The position numbers were made by a program, and so were the translations under genes. The notes under the pieces were generated by a model. The model was not told the origin of the DNA. It worked only from the letters and a program-made list of their open reading frames with translations, and did no database searches. From the NCBI GenBank assembly GCA_963693365.1, contig CAVNZM010000020.1, positions 1 through 64,000 of the forward strand: a stretch of 64,000 nucleotides of DNA, read 5' to 3'. Source of the DNA: Amoebidium appalachense. Its lineage: Eukaryota > Protista > Ichthyosporea. How positions within the stretch are numbered: position 1 is the stretch's first letter; each line of letters opens with the position of its first letter. This document shows, piece after piece, positions 49,130 through 62,074 of the stretch.

Positions 49130-50302
49130 TAATATTCTGTATGGTGTCTGTTATAACTCGAATGACCGTCAATAGACCTTCACACGAATGCGTATGGTAT
49201 TGCTATCCTTGGAATGAAATCGTAATTGCCATACTTCGTTATGGCAAACTGCCTCCACGGTGTAGATATGTTGACTTACGACAAAGAGTCCTGGCCTCTC
49301 CATTGTGTTAAACGACCTTATGAATGAGAGATTCTTCTTGTTATGAATATATTTCGGCAAATTTTATTTTTGCTTGTAGGAACGGACACCCTGGAAATTT
49401 CGTAGTATGTCTTAATTAAATGTTGGAGTACTCGTGTGTGTGTTGTGTTGTCTGTTTGCTTTCGATGAATTCAAACGGTCCCAGTGTACTTCATATACAA
49501 AATCACACCGTACTTTCAAAGTCTGGTCGATATTTTGAGCATTTACAATATGTGGTTGATTAGTATGTTCTGCTCTAGGAAATGGACTCTCAGAATCCAT
49601 GAAGTCTGTTTTTCTTTCTTCTTATGAGTGCGTTACGATGGTGTCTGCAGGGAGAAGTAGACTCTCAGAGTCCAGGGAATGTGTTTTACCTTCTTCATAT
49701 GAGTGCATTTTGAAGGTGTCTTGCAGGGGGGATTAGACTCTCAGAGTCCCCTGACCATGATTTTATATTCCATAGACGTTCGTTCTGAGTCCGTTATCCA
49801 TTTCTCTTCTGCTTGTCCCAATCTCCAGACACATGTTTTCCCTTCTTATTTTCAGGTGTTGGTTCGTGAAATTTGGCACACCCTGGTAACCCTATAAGCA
49901 CAAATAGGCGCGCGGCAAGCATGTAAGCATGTGTTAGCTCATGTATGATCTATCGAAAATGGTAAACCACAGGCCTGTCTGCCGATTTTGCTTGTATCTA
50001 AGCCGGCTAGAATAATTCTCCGGTTCCCTGTGTACATATATGAAATCGGTCCATTTAATAAGATTGGAAGGCAGGTCGGCAGTGCCGGCAGGGTTTTGGT
50101 TTAAACCTGAGATGAGCTATAATGACGGCGTTCGACTGGTGTTTCCTTCCCTTCCCTTCCCTTTGCATCTTGCCTCCGTGTTTGCCGATTGCCTTTTGAC
50201 ATCAGTAAATCATTCCCATTTCATGGGAAGTTGCACCTACCGGTCCTAGCATTTTACTATACAGACAACTATATATATAGGCTGTTGTGGATTACCCAAC
50301 AT

Positions 50303-50332
50303 TGTAAAGTTTACAATTTCTCCCATTATGTG
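50303..50332 (-). repeat. Right TIR (CACATAATGGGAGAAATTGTAAACTTTACA on -)
   Basis: Inverted copy of 19761-19790. Confidence 0.88.
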
Positions 50333-50830
50333 TTTCTACCCTCTTTTCAACCATATGGGAGAACATAACACCAACAGAATTAACCGGAACACCAAGATAT
50401 TTGTATTCTGGAACTATAGGTACATTTTTGGATGATAATGTAAATGTGTGTAAATTGTTGGCTATATCAGGTACAAGAACACCACATTTGTCTATGTTAA
50501 GGATCATAAGGTTTGCCTTGCACCACTCTGACACTTCATCGAACAATCTTTGCAGGCATCTAGGGGTACGGGCAAGGAGGGACAGATCATCAGCATAGAG
50601 AAGTGCAGGCGGAAAGTTATTAATAGGGTCATCGTTTTCGGCATAAATCTTGACAGCCAAATCATCTATAAATAGGTTAAACAAAAAGGGGCTAAGCAAT
50701 GAACCCTGCAAGAGACCTCTAGTACGAGAAAAACCATATGAAAGGTGCCCATTAACCACAGCTCTACCATAGGTTTGAGACAAGAGTGCTTCTAACAAAA
50801 CACCAATGCAGTGTGGTACACCCCGTTGTA
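50333..50830 (-). pseudogene. LINE (non-LTR) reverse transcriptase fragment, truncated by the giant transposon's right end
   Basis: RGLLQGSLLSPFLFNLFIDDL, LLYADDL, NIDKC, YKYLGV. Confidence 0.9.
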
Positions 50831-51556
50831 AACATCCGTACACGCCGTACATGTTTACTATTACGAATATACTGTACATATCATAGCGATCACGTAGATA
50901 TTGTTGTTGTATAATATGATCGTGTGTCTGTGACAAACAATATGTTTATAAATGAACGGGGTTGACTAGACCACGCTTTGCTTAGTTACGTGCTAGTCCT
51001 ACTTACACCTAGTAAGCCGAGCACACTGAGTGAGCTCTGAAGCCCCCGACATGCCCTTATATCGGAGCTCGCACAGCGGCTCAGACATGCGCATCGGTAT
51101 GTGCTTTTTTTGGCTACGAGAGCCAATCACATACGGTTCACGGTTCTGTCCCATGGCTATCACGGTTCCAGTAAACCTAGTGACCCAATCGGGTGACAGT
51201 ACTTAATTATCGATGCATTCCACAGTCATACCTCACGGCTACTTGCATATTTTCCCATGATAAAACTATAACTTAACGCTCATGGTTCCTCTACTACGTG
51301 TCGGTCCCATGTGGCTATTATATCTGTTTTCCCATGAATAATCCTGCAAGTTGCACGTGCACATATGTTTAACTCCATGCTCATGCGCACAAGACTGGGG
51401 GGGACATGCATACTGGCCTACCTAAGATCAAACACAGTGGTATATATACATGTACACGTGCGCGTATATCTCAACCTGTGTACATCCATACTAGATATCC
51501 GGTATAATATACCGCACGCCCCACCGTAAAAAGAAGTATGTCGTCCTCGACATACG

Positions 51557-54500
51557 TCACCATGCTCCACACAATGAGTCAATGTATCCGTAAAACGATG
51601 CAAGGTCACCTCTGCGTTGGTGGAACTCTCGGATCTTGTCCGGGCAGGCTAAGTCTTTCTCACACTCCCAAGAGGTGAATGATTCATCTTTGCCTGCCCA
51701 CTTGATCTGGTACCACTTGTAAGGGGTGGATTGCTTGCGCCGTTTCTGAATTCTTACGTCAAGCACCTTTTCCACCACCCACTCGTCCGGCAGAACCTTG
51801 TTGAAATTGTGACTATCGCCCGTGTCCGGGAGGTGAGAGAGATCTTGAGGCCGAATTCTATTTTGCTCACTCAATTCAAGCTGAATATCGTCCACGTGCC
51901 ACTTAGATTTCTTCGTAGTTGCTAAGCTTCGGATCTCGTACGTGACCGGGCCGACCCTTTTGACGATTTCGTAACCCGTAATCCACCGTACATCCCAGGC
52001 ACCGATATTTTTGGCTTGATTCCGAACACGAATCCGTGCACCCTTCTTAAATTCACGAGCCACCGAGGGGCCTGGGGGCTCTCGTACGGCACGTTGCTGG
52101 ACCACAGCACGGAGCAGAGGCAGACGGGCTAGTAACTCTCGCCGGTATGCCTTCCACTCTGGGTCCTTGAGTGCCGGGTGGTTACTGTTAAGAAGGGCAA
52201 CGTCAGGGAATTGTGTTGCTTCTTGCCCATACACAAGATAATACGGTGTACATTGCAAAATTTTGTGTGTTGTTGTGTTGTATGCATGTGTAACCACCGG
52301 CAACAGAGTGTCCCAATTAGTGTGCTCATAATTAACGTACTTTGAGAGTGCATTATTAATAAATCTATGAGACCGTTCATTGGAACCGTTGCTTTGTGGG
52401 TGATATGCAGAGGTGCTCACTTGTGCAATATTTGCTATACGGCAAATCTCAATAATTAGCTCATTGAGAAATTCTGATCCTTGATCACTCAAGAGTGTAC
52501 GAGGGGGGCCGTGTATATAGCAAATTACATTCATGAGTGCATGTGCAACATTAACGGCATGCTTAGATTGGATGCCATTGGGCACAGTGATTAAATACTT
52601 CGTTGCCATATCCATAAACACACAAATGAATGTATTACCATTTTTCGTTTCTGTGAACGGACCCATAAGGTCAACAGAAACACGAGAGAACATTTTCAAA
52701 TTTTCGTATCTCTGTTCAAATGGCCTACTTCTCAAGTGTGGGTTATCGTTACGGCCTTGGCACTGTGTGCAGGCATTCACATAAGCAGTGATATCTTTGT
52801 GCATGCGTGGCCAATAATAATTGTATAATCTTTCGTAAGTTCGTTCAATGCCAGTATGAGCCCCCCCGTCGTGCACACTTCTTAATAAATCAGCACGAAG
52901 GATTTTGGGCACATACAGGCAACGACGACCATCCTTAGCCACATGATAAAGCACGTCATCCTCTATCACACACATTTGTGCTATTTTCTTAACCTTTTTG
53001 TATCCGAAATACTCAAGATTAAGACCGTGTGCAGCTCGTTCCCCCCTGCCTGCCATTCCCGTTTGGCCTCGGCATCGAGGGAGGCAAGCCACCGGAGCCA
53101 CGTGATTATATCCTTACACATTTTGTCCCCCCCCTGTGCAATCATAATTGCTTCCTTCTGATAGCCGGCACCACCGAGTGCAGAAAGGGAGGGCAGGCCG
53201 GCTTGACTGAGTGCAGAAATTTGTGCACATTTCAAGCGGTCTGGATCGAAAATGTGTGTGAATTCGAGTGCATCACCCCAATCAACAAACACTTCGGCTG
53301 GGTTCGAGCTAAGCTCGGATAAATCTGCTGTGAGAACCTCTTGTAATTTCTTTTTCACATCCCACTTTTCCAGTGGTATGTTTTCGTTCTCATGCAGAAT
53401 ATATCCTATACGGCTTAACCCATCAGCATCGTGCATGGTAGGGCCAGGACGGTAGTATAGATCGAAATCATACTCCTGCATTTCCAAAGCCCACCGTTGC
53501 ATTCGTTCGTTTGCTATCCGTTTGACACCTTTAAGAGAAAGACCGGGCTTATGGTCACTTTCCACAATAGTATTCGCTCGACCATACACGTACACCCTAA
53601 ACTCTTTCAGGGCCCAATAGATTGCATGCGTTTCTCGTTCGATGTTGCTCCACCTACGTTCGGTAGGTTGAAACATCCGGGAGGCATATGCCACCGTGCG
53701 GAACTTGCCATCTTTTTGTTTTTGATACAGGCAAGCCCCTTCCGAGAACCGACTAGCATCACAACAAATAAGAAACTGACCCCCCGTGGGGGACAGATCG
53801 GGCAGGGCAAGCACTTCCTCCGATAACGCCGATTTTAAATCTTTAAACGAGCGGTCTAATTCGTCCGTCCATTTTAACCGTCGGTGTTTTTCTCCGTAAC
53901 ACTCGGCATTCATGGGTCGGGCTCGCTCTGCATAATTTAAAATGTGACGGCGGAGATAGGAAGTAATACCCAGAAAACCCCGGAGTTGGTGTAGTGTGTT
54001 TGGTACCGGCCAATCTTTCACTGCCTGAACCTTTTTCGGGTCGGGCCGAATGCCATTCACACCTACAATCCAACCCAAAAACGGTATTTCCGTAAGCCCA
54101 ATGTATGTCTTTGCCCCATCGAGCTTAACACCATATTTCCCGAGACGGGTGAAAAGTCGGTCAAGCTTCTGTATTAATTCTTTTTCGGTGTGTGCACCCA
54201 CAGCTAAATCATCGGCATATACCACCACGTCATCGGCCAGAGGGGCCAAAATCTGTGTCATGATAGATGCTAGCTGGGACGGGGAAGTACTGAGCCCCTG
54301 TGGTGCCACACAATAACGATACTGCACACCAGCCACAGAAAATCCTGTTTTTTCACGTGACTCGGCGTCTAGCAGTATTTGGTAAAAGGCACCCGACATA
54401 TCAGCTTTACAGAAATACTTATACCCAGCCAACTTCTCTATTTGTTGTTGCAAGTTGGGCATGGGCCAGGCAGATTTTCGAATTTGCTTGTTAAGAGCAC

Positions 54501-54912
54501 GAAAATCAGTCAGCAGACGGTATTTCCCGTTTGGTTTTCGTATTACGAATGTGGGTGAATTATACTGACTGTGTGCTTGTTCCACCTGCCCTCTACGACA
54601 CATATCCTCCGCGATCTCCTTTGCAGCCTGCTCTTTCACTTGTTCCAACCTCCACTGTTTTAATCGAATCGGTGGGTTATCTCCCGTGTCTATGTGCATG
54701 GTGAATCCTTTAATCTGAGGAAATTCGTCGGGGTCCGTCGTGTTGAAGCAACGAGAGTGTGCTTCTAATAGTTTCTTGACATCCGGAAGCATACTCTGAG
54801 GCACCCTATTCCAATCAAAACCGTGGGGAGCCTGGCCGGCATCGTGTGCACCCCCACCCGAAATTTCCGAAATTTTTCGCGGGGGGGTTTTTTCATGATC
54901 AACGGCAGACAT
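51557..54912 (-). pseudogene. pol: Ty3/Gypsy pol with chromodomain (RT-RNase H-integrase-CHD), one frameshift near 53000, 5'-truncated
   Basis: YRLLTDFRALN, PQGLSTSP, YADD; DASRFSEGACL; HHCC finger, VDLMGP/SDQGSEF/NERSHR; EWVVEKVLDVR...YQIKWAG...SWE chromodomain. PPT-like tract at ~51517-51524. Confidence 0.93.
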
Positions 54913-54913
54913 T

Positions 54914-57900
54914 TTCAGTTGTACTCTGCCTTATCCTAACTAGTCCAACTGTTTACATTGGCGACCGCGGCAGGACACTGTTTTACATTGCCAACTGTTT
55001 ACATTGGCGACCGCGGCAGGACACTGTTTTACATTGCCAACTGTTTACATTGGCGACCACGCAGTTCAAGAATCTCGCATCCTTCGAATCTCACATCTTT
55101 CAATCAGTTCAAGAATCTCACATCTTTCAATCAGCTCAAGAATCTCCCATGGCCGATCACAATCCTTTTTACCCCGATGATAGGCACATCTTTCCTTGTC
55201 CGGCTTAGAATATATACACCTACAAGTTTGAAGTGGCCAGCCCACCTACACGGAAAGAATTGAAAGCATGTAAAACTTCTTTTGCTACGACACATCAAAA
55301 ATGTGAAGAAAAACGAATACACAACGAAACAACGAATACACGAACAAACGAATAAAGAATTGCTAACAAAGCAATGAACCAACGAAAAACGAACCATCAC
55401 GAATACACAATGAAATAAAGAATTCACGACAAGCGAATGCATAGAGGAAATACAAAATGAATGCAACACAAAACAAAACAAAGTAACGAAGTTATCAAAC
55501 GACAAAAAACGAAAAACGGAAGCAAAATGAAATGGAAATACGAAAATGAAAGAACGAATGCACAACACTGCTTGGGTTGCAATGCACACAGCCCCCTCTA
55601 TGTTACGAAGAAAAGAAAACCGTTGCCCTTGCGTGCATTGCGCTATTGCACACTGTCATCGTGTCCATGCCACCGCATGCACGTCCACACTCGCAAGCCA
55701 GATGCACGGCCACTTTCAGCACGAATGCATTTAAAGAAGAAGATAGTCGCTGTTCCTATAGCATTGAGGACATAAGGTGCTGTGAAAGTAGTTTTGCATG
55801 CATGCTTCGAATTTCTTGCTGTTTTCGAATACAGCATGCCCCATAGTTTAGCGCACAGGATGCACAACATGCGCATGAATGTATGCTGGCATGCCTAAAC
55901 ACATTACGAACATATGCCTCATGTATGGCGGCCCTTCCTGGTGCCACGCCCTAACGAATTTGCACTCTTGGTGCACAAAAGGCATGTAATAAATGTCATG
56001 CAGAACTTTTGTTCATGCATGTGAAAAACAAAGAAGGTGTTGGGTACGAATTTTAAGGTGAATGCCCGTCTGTGGCAATACTGTGTAACATACCAATTAC
56101 ACTGTCAAGCCTTGCACTAGCTGCCGGCACACCCCCACCAGAACAAAAGAATGTGGTATGGGCACCGTTCCCTCACAACCCCAGCATACAGTGTCAGTAT
56201 TTTGGCTGGAAGCCTTTCAGTTTCGAATTACGAATACCCTCCTTCACTACTGAAGAAAGTGACGTGGAAGACGAATACGAATACGAATGCAAGGTGTTGT
56301 TGACTAACACATCGGACCATCATGTGTACCTAGGCCCTGGTACGGAGGTGACCATGTTATTCCCTTGCAATATGATGACACTGTAACAATTTAGCACGTG
56401 CATACCCCACCAATGGGCACATGCGGGAGACAACCCCACAAGCTGCCTTATTGGGCACCTCTGCTAAAACGAATATTCTTCTCACGAAGGAACAGAAGAA
56501 TGCCACGAACACGAACCACACACTCACCAGGCAGCTACTTACATCTAATGTATGTAAGAAGTAGGGTGTGTGAACGGGGTAACTTCGTGAACACCAACAC
56601 GAAAGAAAGCACAGCACAAAGCAGTTCCACGAATACGAATGGTTTTGGTATTCCACACAACGAACAGAACCTACAGTAGGGCCACCTACAAATGAAGCAG
56701 AGGATGGGGCACCATCCAGACCTGCACTGGAGGATATGAAAACACGAAGCGCGCTCACGAAGTTGCTTACAAAAGAAAGGGCGACTGTGACAACTTTTCT
56801 TTTTAGGCCAAGCCTCCAGAAGAATGTATTATGCCTGGAATCCCCCTGCTCAACGAAAATGGCTGGCAAATGGGATACGAAAACTGCTCACGAATGGAAG
56901 CATGTGTTTTCTGAAGGAGGCTTGCTTTGCCTACCCTCTTCTTATGAATTATGAACCGGGCTTTTACTGGTTCTGACGGGTGATATATTTCTTTATGTCG
57001 CCCAACGAAGAACACTTGGGCATTTTTATTCATGTTTTTCCAGCTCCGATGATGCAGGGTTAAAGCTGAAAGGAAAGAAGTGCTATTTGTTCATGAAAGA
57101 AGTGGCTTTTCTGGCCATGGCGACTCGCCTTACAGTCTTAAGGTAGAACCGGGATAAGGAGCAGCGGCTAAGCCTTGAAGCTATCCACCACTACCTGAGC
57201 TACGAAGTGACCTAAGGCTTGAGTTATATTCATTATCGAATGCTTGGTATGATCATTCATCCACACAACCAAATTACTCGCAATTGAAAACGAATCTGCG
57301 GGAGTATCCTAAAAAGGAAAAATTCCCAAAAAGGAAAATATTACTTCTACAGAAAAAGCCAAGCACAGAGACGAAGCGAACAATTCGCACGAACACTCTG
57401 CAACAATCTTCGCCACGAAAATGAAAGCACAGAAGAATGCTGCATGAATTTACGTTTTGGCAAACGAAGAAGTGCTCATAGACGTGCACAACTCTATTCA
57501 ACCATCCTTGCTCTGTTCTGCCCTGCAGCTCGGCGCACAAGAATTCTCGCTGAAGGTTGTTTATCGCCTCTCAGCCTGGTGGTTTGCTTGTCTAACGACA
57601 CCACCAGGCTCCCGACAAGGGGGGGAGTGTAAACAACTGTACACATGAACTGTACATGTTTACTAAAGAATGTGATCTACTAGCACACGATTCGTGCTTT
57701 GTCATGAATATCACATAAATATTATGTCCGCACCAATAGGACTCACTCTGACCTAAGAATTGAACCATATACGGTTCTTCAGCTGCATACCACATAAACA
57801 AAGTGAACCAATAAGAGGTTTGCATAAATAGGACAAAGGTCTGACTGGCTCGGACCGCACCAGAATCACGAATGGCATGTTGCCCCCCGCGCTGGCCGCG

Positions 57901-58108
57901 GATGAACCAATCCTGGGCCTTGATCCGAAACCTGGGGGCTATATAAGAAAGCCGTCCCAGTACGGGGATCACATCAGTGAAGTCTTGAGACAGACTGAGT
58001 CGGCCCATAGTAAAAGCAACCTGGCCGCGTGTGCCTTTCTACCCGTTCTCTGTCTTTATTTTGATTCAGTTGTACTCTGCCTTATCCTAACTAGTCCAAC
58101 TGTTTACA
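54914..58108 (+). mobile_element. Non-autonomous/degenerate Gypsy element (LARD-like)
   Basis: 5' LTR remnant 54914-54957 identical to the end of the 3' LTR 57628-58108 (TGTAAACA...TGTTTACA); PBS 54959-54976; PPT AAGGGGGGGAG; RT remnant DAGLKLKGKKCYLFMKEVAFL at ~57051-57113. Confidence 0.88.
54959..54976 (+). promoter_or_regulatory. Primer-binding site TGGCGACCGCGGCAGGAC (tRNA-Arg type)
   Basis: 1 nt after the LTR end; complementary to the ...GTCCTGCCGCGGTCG-CCA 3' end of eukaryotic tRNA-Arg as recalled, not searched. Confidence 0.8.
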
Positions 58109-61100
58109 ATCACCACGGGGGAAGAGGTGTCACCGTAGTCAACACCGTAGACTTGAGTGAAGCCCTTTGCAACACCACGAGCTTTGATCTTGGTGTCACC
58201 GGCTGAGTTGAGGACCTTCTCAGTCACAATCCACTTGAACTTGATGATGTTGGCACCAGGGGGGGGATCAACAATGGTGAAGACATCCTTGGTGATGAAG
58301 GCTTGGTACTCGGAGGTGAGGGCAGCTATGACGGCATCACCATTGGGACCGTTGCAAAGCTTTTGAATGCCCTTGGGGAGCTGGTCAATGTTGATGGTCG
58401 GTGCTACGATGCTGACCAGTGCCGTTGGAGTCTTGGTGAGACGTGTAGACCGACGAAGGTTGGGCTTGGGGGGGTCCTTGAGGGGGGTGGTGGCCGGGGA
58501 GGTGGTGGAGGCCGGGATAGGGGCATGGAAGCCAGGAATAGGACCGGTGGTGAGGGGGGCATCGGTGTCCACAGGGCTGCTCGAGGCCGAGTGGAAGGTG
58601 GGGGACCCAGGACGAACCGGAGTCATGTAGCCGGGTTGATGCACAGCAATGGGGGGGGCCGGCAGCAAGGGTTGTTGGCCAGTGGGGGGGGGGGCTCGGG
58701 GGAGGCACGGGTTCAACCGGGGCCGGTTGGTTGTGCCAGGACGGTTGGGAGATGACCACAGACGAAGTTTCATCGTCGTCGTCGGAGGGGGGGTCCAATG
58801 TCGGCAGATCGGGTTTGGGGGGAACGGAGACCTGATTGGTGCTGCTCGTGAAGTTCGACTCGTCGAAGATCACATCACGGCAGATCTTGATTTGGTTGCT
58901 GGCATGGTCGAGGATCTTGTGTGCCTTGGAGGGTAGGTCCCAGCCGACGTAGGTGCCGACTCTGACGGTTGATGCCAGCTTGTTCCTCTTTGACCGGGGA
59001 ACATGCACATAGGCAGGGGAGCCGAACACGTGGAGCTGGGAGACGTCGGGTTTGAAGCCGTGGAAGGCCTCGAAGGGAGTGTTGCCGTTGGCAGCAGATG
59101 ACGGTGTGACGTTGATGATGTAGCTTGTATGCTTGAGAGCAGCAACCCACAACTTGTGAGAGAGAGGTTGGTCCTTGTCGGCATGGAGGAAGCAACGGAC
59201 TGTCTCTTGCAGTTCTCTCATCTTCCGTTCAACAACACCGTTGTGTTGTGGTGTGTCGACGGGGGCAAACTCCATGATGATGCCTTTCTGCTTGCAGTAG
59301 GCCTCGGTGTCCTTGGAGGTGAACTCAGAGCCGGAGTCAAACCGAAGGTGGGTGACGATCTCAGGTGTCTGACGTTCAATGGTTTCAACGAGAGACTGAA
59401 TGTGGCTGAGTGTTTCACCACGGTTGTAGAGGGGGAACACGGTGGTGTAACCGGTGGCATCACAAACACACACCAGAGCAACTTTGTAGCCTCCGTAGGA
59501 AGCACAGGGAGTTTCGAAGAAGTCCAGGTGCCACTTAGCACCGGGAATGGTGAACTTGGAACGGGTGCCGGGAAAGGGGGCCTTGGTGGTCTTGCCAGAC
59601 ATGCAGCCGAAGCAGTCACTGTTGTCGGGTGACTTGAGGGAGGGGGGCATGCCGATGACAAGCTCATCCTTGGCCATCCTGGTGACGGTGGAGAGGGCAC
59701 GGTGGCCGAGACGGTTGTGCCAAAGGGTGAGGTCGTCGGGTGGTTGAGTCCTTGCTGTGTAGGCTTGGACCCCCGGGTGTTTAGGAGTCTCAATCACATA
59801 GTCAGTGATGTAGTAGAGACCGTCGAGGGGGGTGAGATCTGTAATGATGTCACCATTACGGCTGTAGAGGAACGACGGGTGGTTGTCTGTATCGTCACAA
59901 TGACCTAGGAGGCCGGCAGCTGATGCCATGGAGGTAGACACGAGGAAAGACGGTGCCTCGGGTACGTAGTAAGCATTGATGCTGCACGGTGTTGGGTGGC
60001 CGTTGTAGTGCAGTGTCATGTTGATGATGCCACGTTGTTTGGCATTGACTGTGCCGAGGCCGTGAATGGGGGTGGGAGGACACGGGGTAAGGGAGGAGAA
60101 ATACTCCTTGATGGGGCAGATGTGTGCATTACAAGCACTGTCCCAGACGGGGTCGTTACTGTCAGGTGTGCCGGTGGAGGAGATGAGTGCAAATTTCACA
60201 CTCTTGTCACCTTTCTCCTGCTTGGCACGACGAGCAACTGTACAGCCAGGCTCCGGGCATGCTGTGATGTGGTGGGGCTCATGAGAGTAGGAACACTTCA
60301 CACTATTGGTGTTGTGCTGTCGGTTACGGTTGTCCCTGTTACCACGGTGGTAAGGGGAAGTTGAACGGGGGCCGGGTGACTTGGAGGAAGGACGAGGATC
60401 ACGGGAACGGGACGGGGAACGGTGAGGTGTATGCTCACGTCGAGGAATACGGTTACGGAGGTCACCGGGGGGAAGCACTCTGCTCTGGAGTGCACGGAGG
60501 GGACGGTTGTTGACGGTTGCACCAGTGCCTGCGTCGATGAGGCCGTCACGGATTTCAGCTCCTCGGATGTCACTGATGAGCATGTTGAAGGACGGGTAGG
60601 CCTTGTTGTTCATCCAGTAGTCGGAGCAGAGACGTTCAATGTCGGAGCAGACCAGGGCCGTGTTCTTCCTGATGTGGAGGAAGAACTTACGTACGACATC
60701 CTTGTGCTGGACGGGCTGGTCGAGGCAGGCAAGTGTCGTAGCCAGACGTTGGAGACGGGTGAGGTATGCTGTTACGTTGGGGTAGTCTCGTAGTTCAAGC
60801 TCCTCGAAGGTGACTTGGATCTGGGTGACTCGGGCCTCCTTCTCTGCTACATACGCCATACGTAGGTTGTGGAAGACTTCACCACCGTGGACACCGTCTT
60901 GCATCCGGCCGGAGTCGTAGAGCTCGGTCGGGTGGACGGACTGGTTGAGGATCTGGTCGAGGACGTCGGAAGCTTTCTTGTAGGAGTCTTTGGTGGTGTA
61001 GCCTAGCAACTGGTTGGCTTCAGCGCCGTCAACCCACTGTGGCCTCTTGATAGCGTCAACGAATTTCTCGGCAATGGTTGTTCTAATGAACCGGTGAATG

Positions 61101-61195
61101 AGTGGCTCCCACTCGAAATAATTAAGACGTTTCTCGTCTCGTTTCTCGGACGGATTCCATATTGGAAGGTTGATATACGACGGTTTGTCAGTCAT
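58109..61195 (-). pseudogene. gag-pol: Copia gag-pol polyprotein (gag, protease, GAG-pre-integrase, integrase, start of RT)
   Basis: 936-aa ORF with WDSAC, LWHNRLGH, RFDSGSEF, PQHNGVVERK; frameshift in a G-run at ~58690; KARGVAKGFTQVYGVDY before truncation. Confidence 0.92.
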
Positions 61196-61979
61196 GATTG
61201 AAGCAGTTAGACTGAGAGATTTTCGCGGTTGTAGCGAGATTGTGTGTTAGCGTGCAAAGGGGCCGTAAACCTGTTATTTTGTGTGGGTAAACGGAGAAGC
61301 AGAGAGCACAGATGGGTGTTATGTAAAACACAACACAAAGACACACGGGAAAAACACAACCGGAGAGGAGGAACGATTTCTGGAACCATAGGAAGTGAAT
61401 ACGACTGCTTATGATTTATTTCAAGATGAGGTCCCTTTTATACTTGGGAATGTGAAACGATAAACCAATCAAAAGGACGAAAACTATGAGTGTAAAATAT
61501 ATCGAATAAAATGTCTGTCGACATTTAGAATATAAAACTCAATCCTCTAATGAAAGAAACTTCTAATAAAAGCACGGAAACATTTAATAAAATGAAACCA
61601 CTTATGTAACTATTAATTCATAACATATATTTATACATGTTCTTATCATAACACGTCTAAATATAATTATTCCTAATAGTCGAAGAACATAGCACAATGC
61701 TACGTCGTGGGAAAGGAATGAGAAAGGAATGTAAGTTACTATGTTTGGGAAAATACAAACGAGATATGATTGGATGACATATATAGATTTTGACGCAAAC
61801 GACAATACGTGTGCGCGAGCTAAGTATGTCGATACGTACACAGATCTAAGATGTCGTGTACACGGAAACGGAAAAGAAAGAAAGAAATGAAGAAAGGAAA
61901 AGGAAACAAACTACAACAACTAATAAATAAATACCAAACTCAACTTCTAAGTCTTGCTGAGAATTAAGTGAAGATGACA
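58109..61979 (-). mobile_element. Ty1/Copia element, family A copy 2 (5' LTR 61272-61979, PBS, gag-pol; truncated in RT by the Gypsy LTR)
   Basis: 708-bp LTR (TGTCATC...ATAACA on -), PBS GGTTTACGGCCC, long gag-pol ORF highly similar to A1. Confidence 0.93.
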
Positions 61980-62074
61980 ATCGTTCCGTGTTTTGTTGTT
62001 GTTTGTGTCTGTGGTGTTTTCACACTGCACCACTGTGTCTCTGCTTACATCCCAAATACTTATATAATTTAACA
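61980..62074 (+). repeat. 95-bp end of a family-B LTR (B1-type variant) in opposite orientation
   Basis: Reverse complement of 2427-2521; carries the B1 alleles (TGTTAAATTATA, GATGTAAGC), not the B2 alleles. Confidence 0.85.

Noticed and set aside
50830-51516. Exact 3' LTR of the chromodomain Gypsy
   Set aside because: Likely present after the PPT, but the partner LTR is missing, so the distal boundary cannot be fixed.
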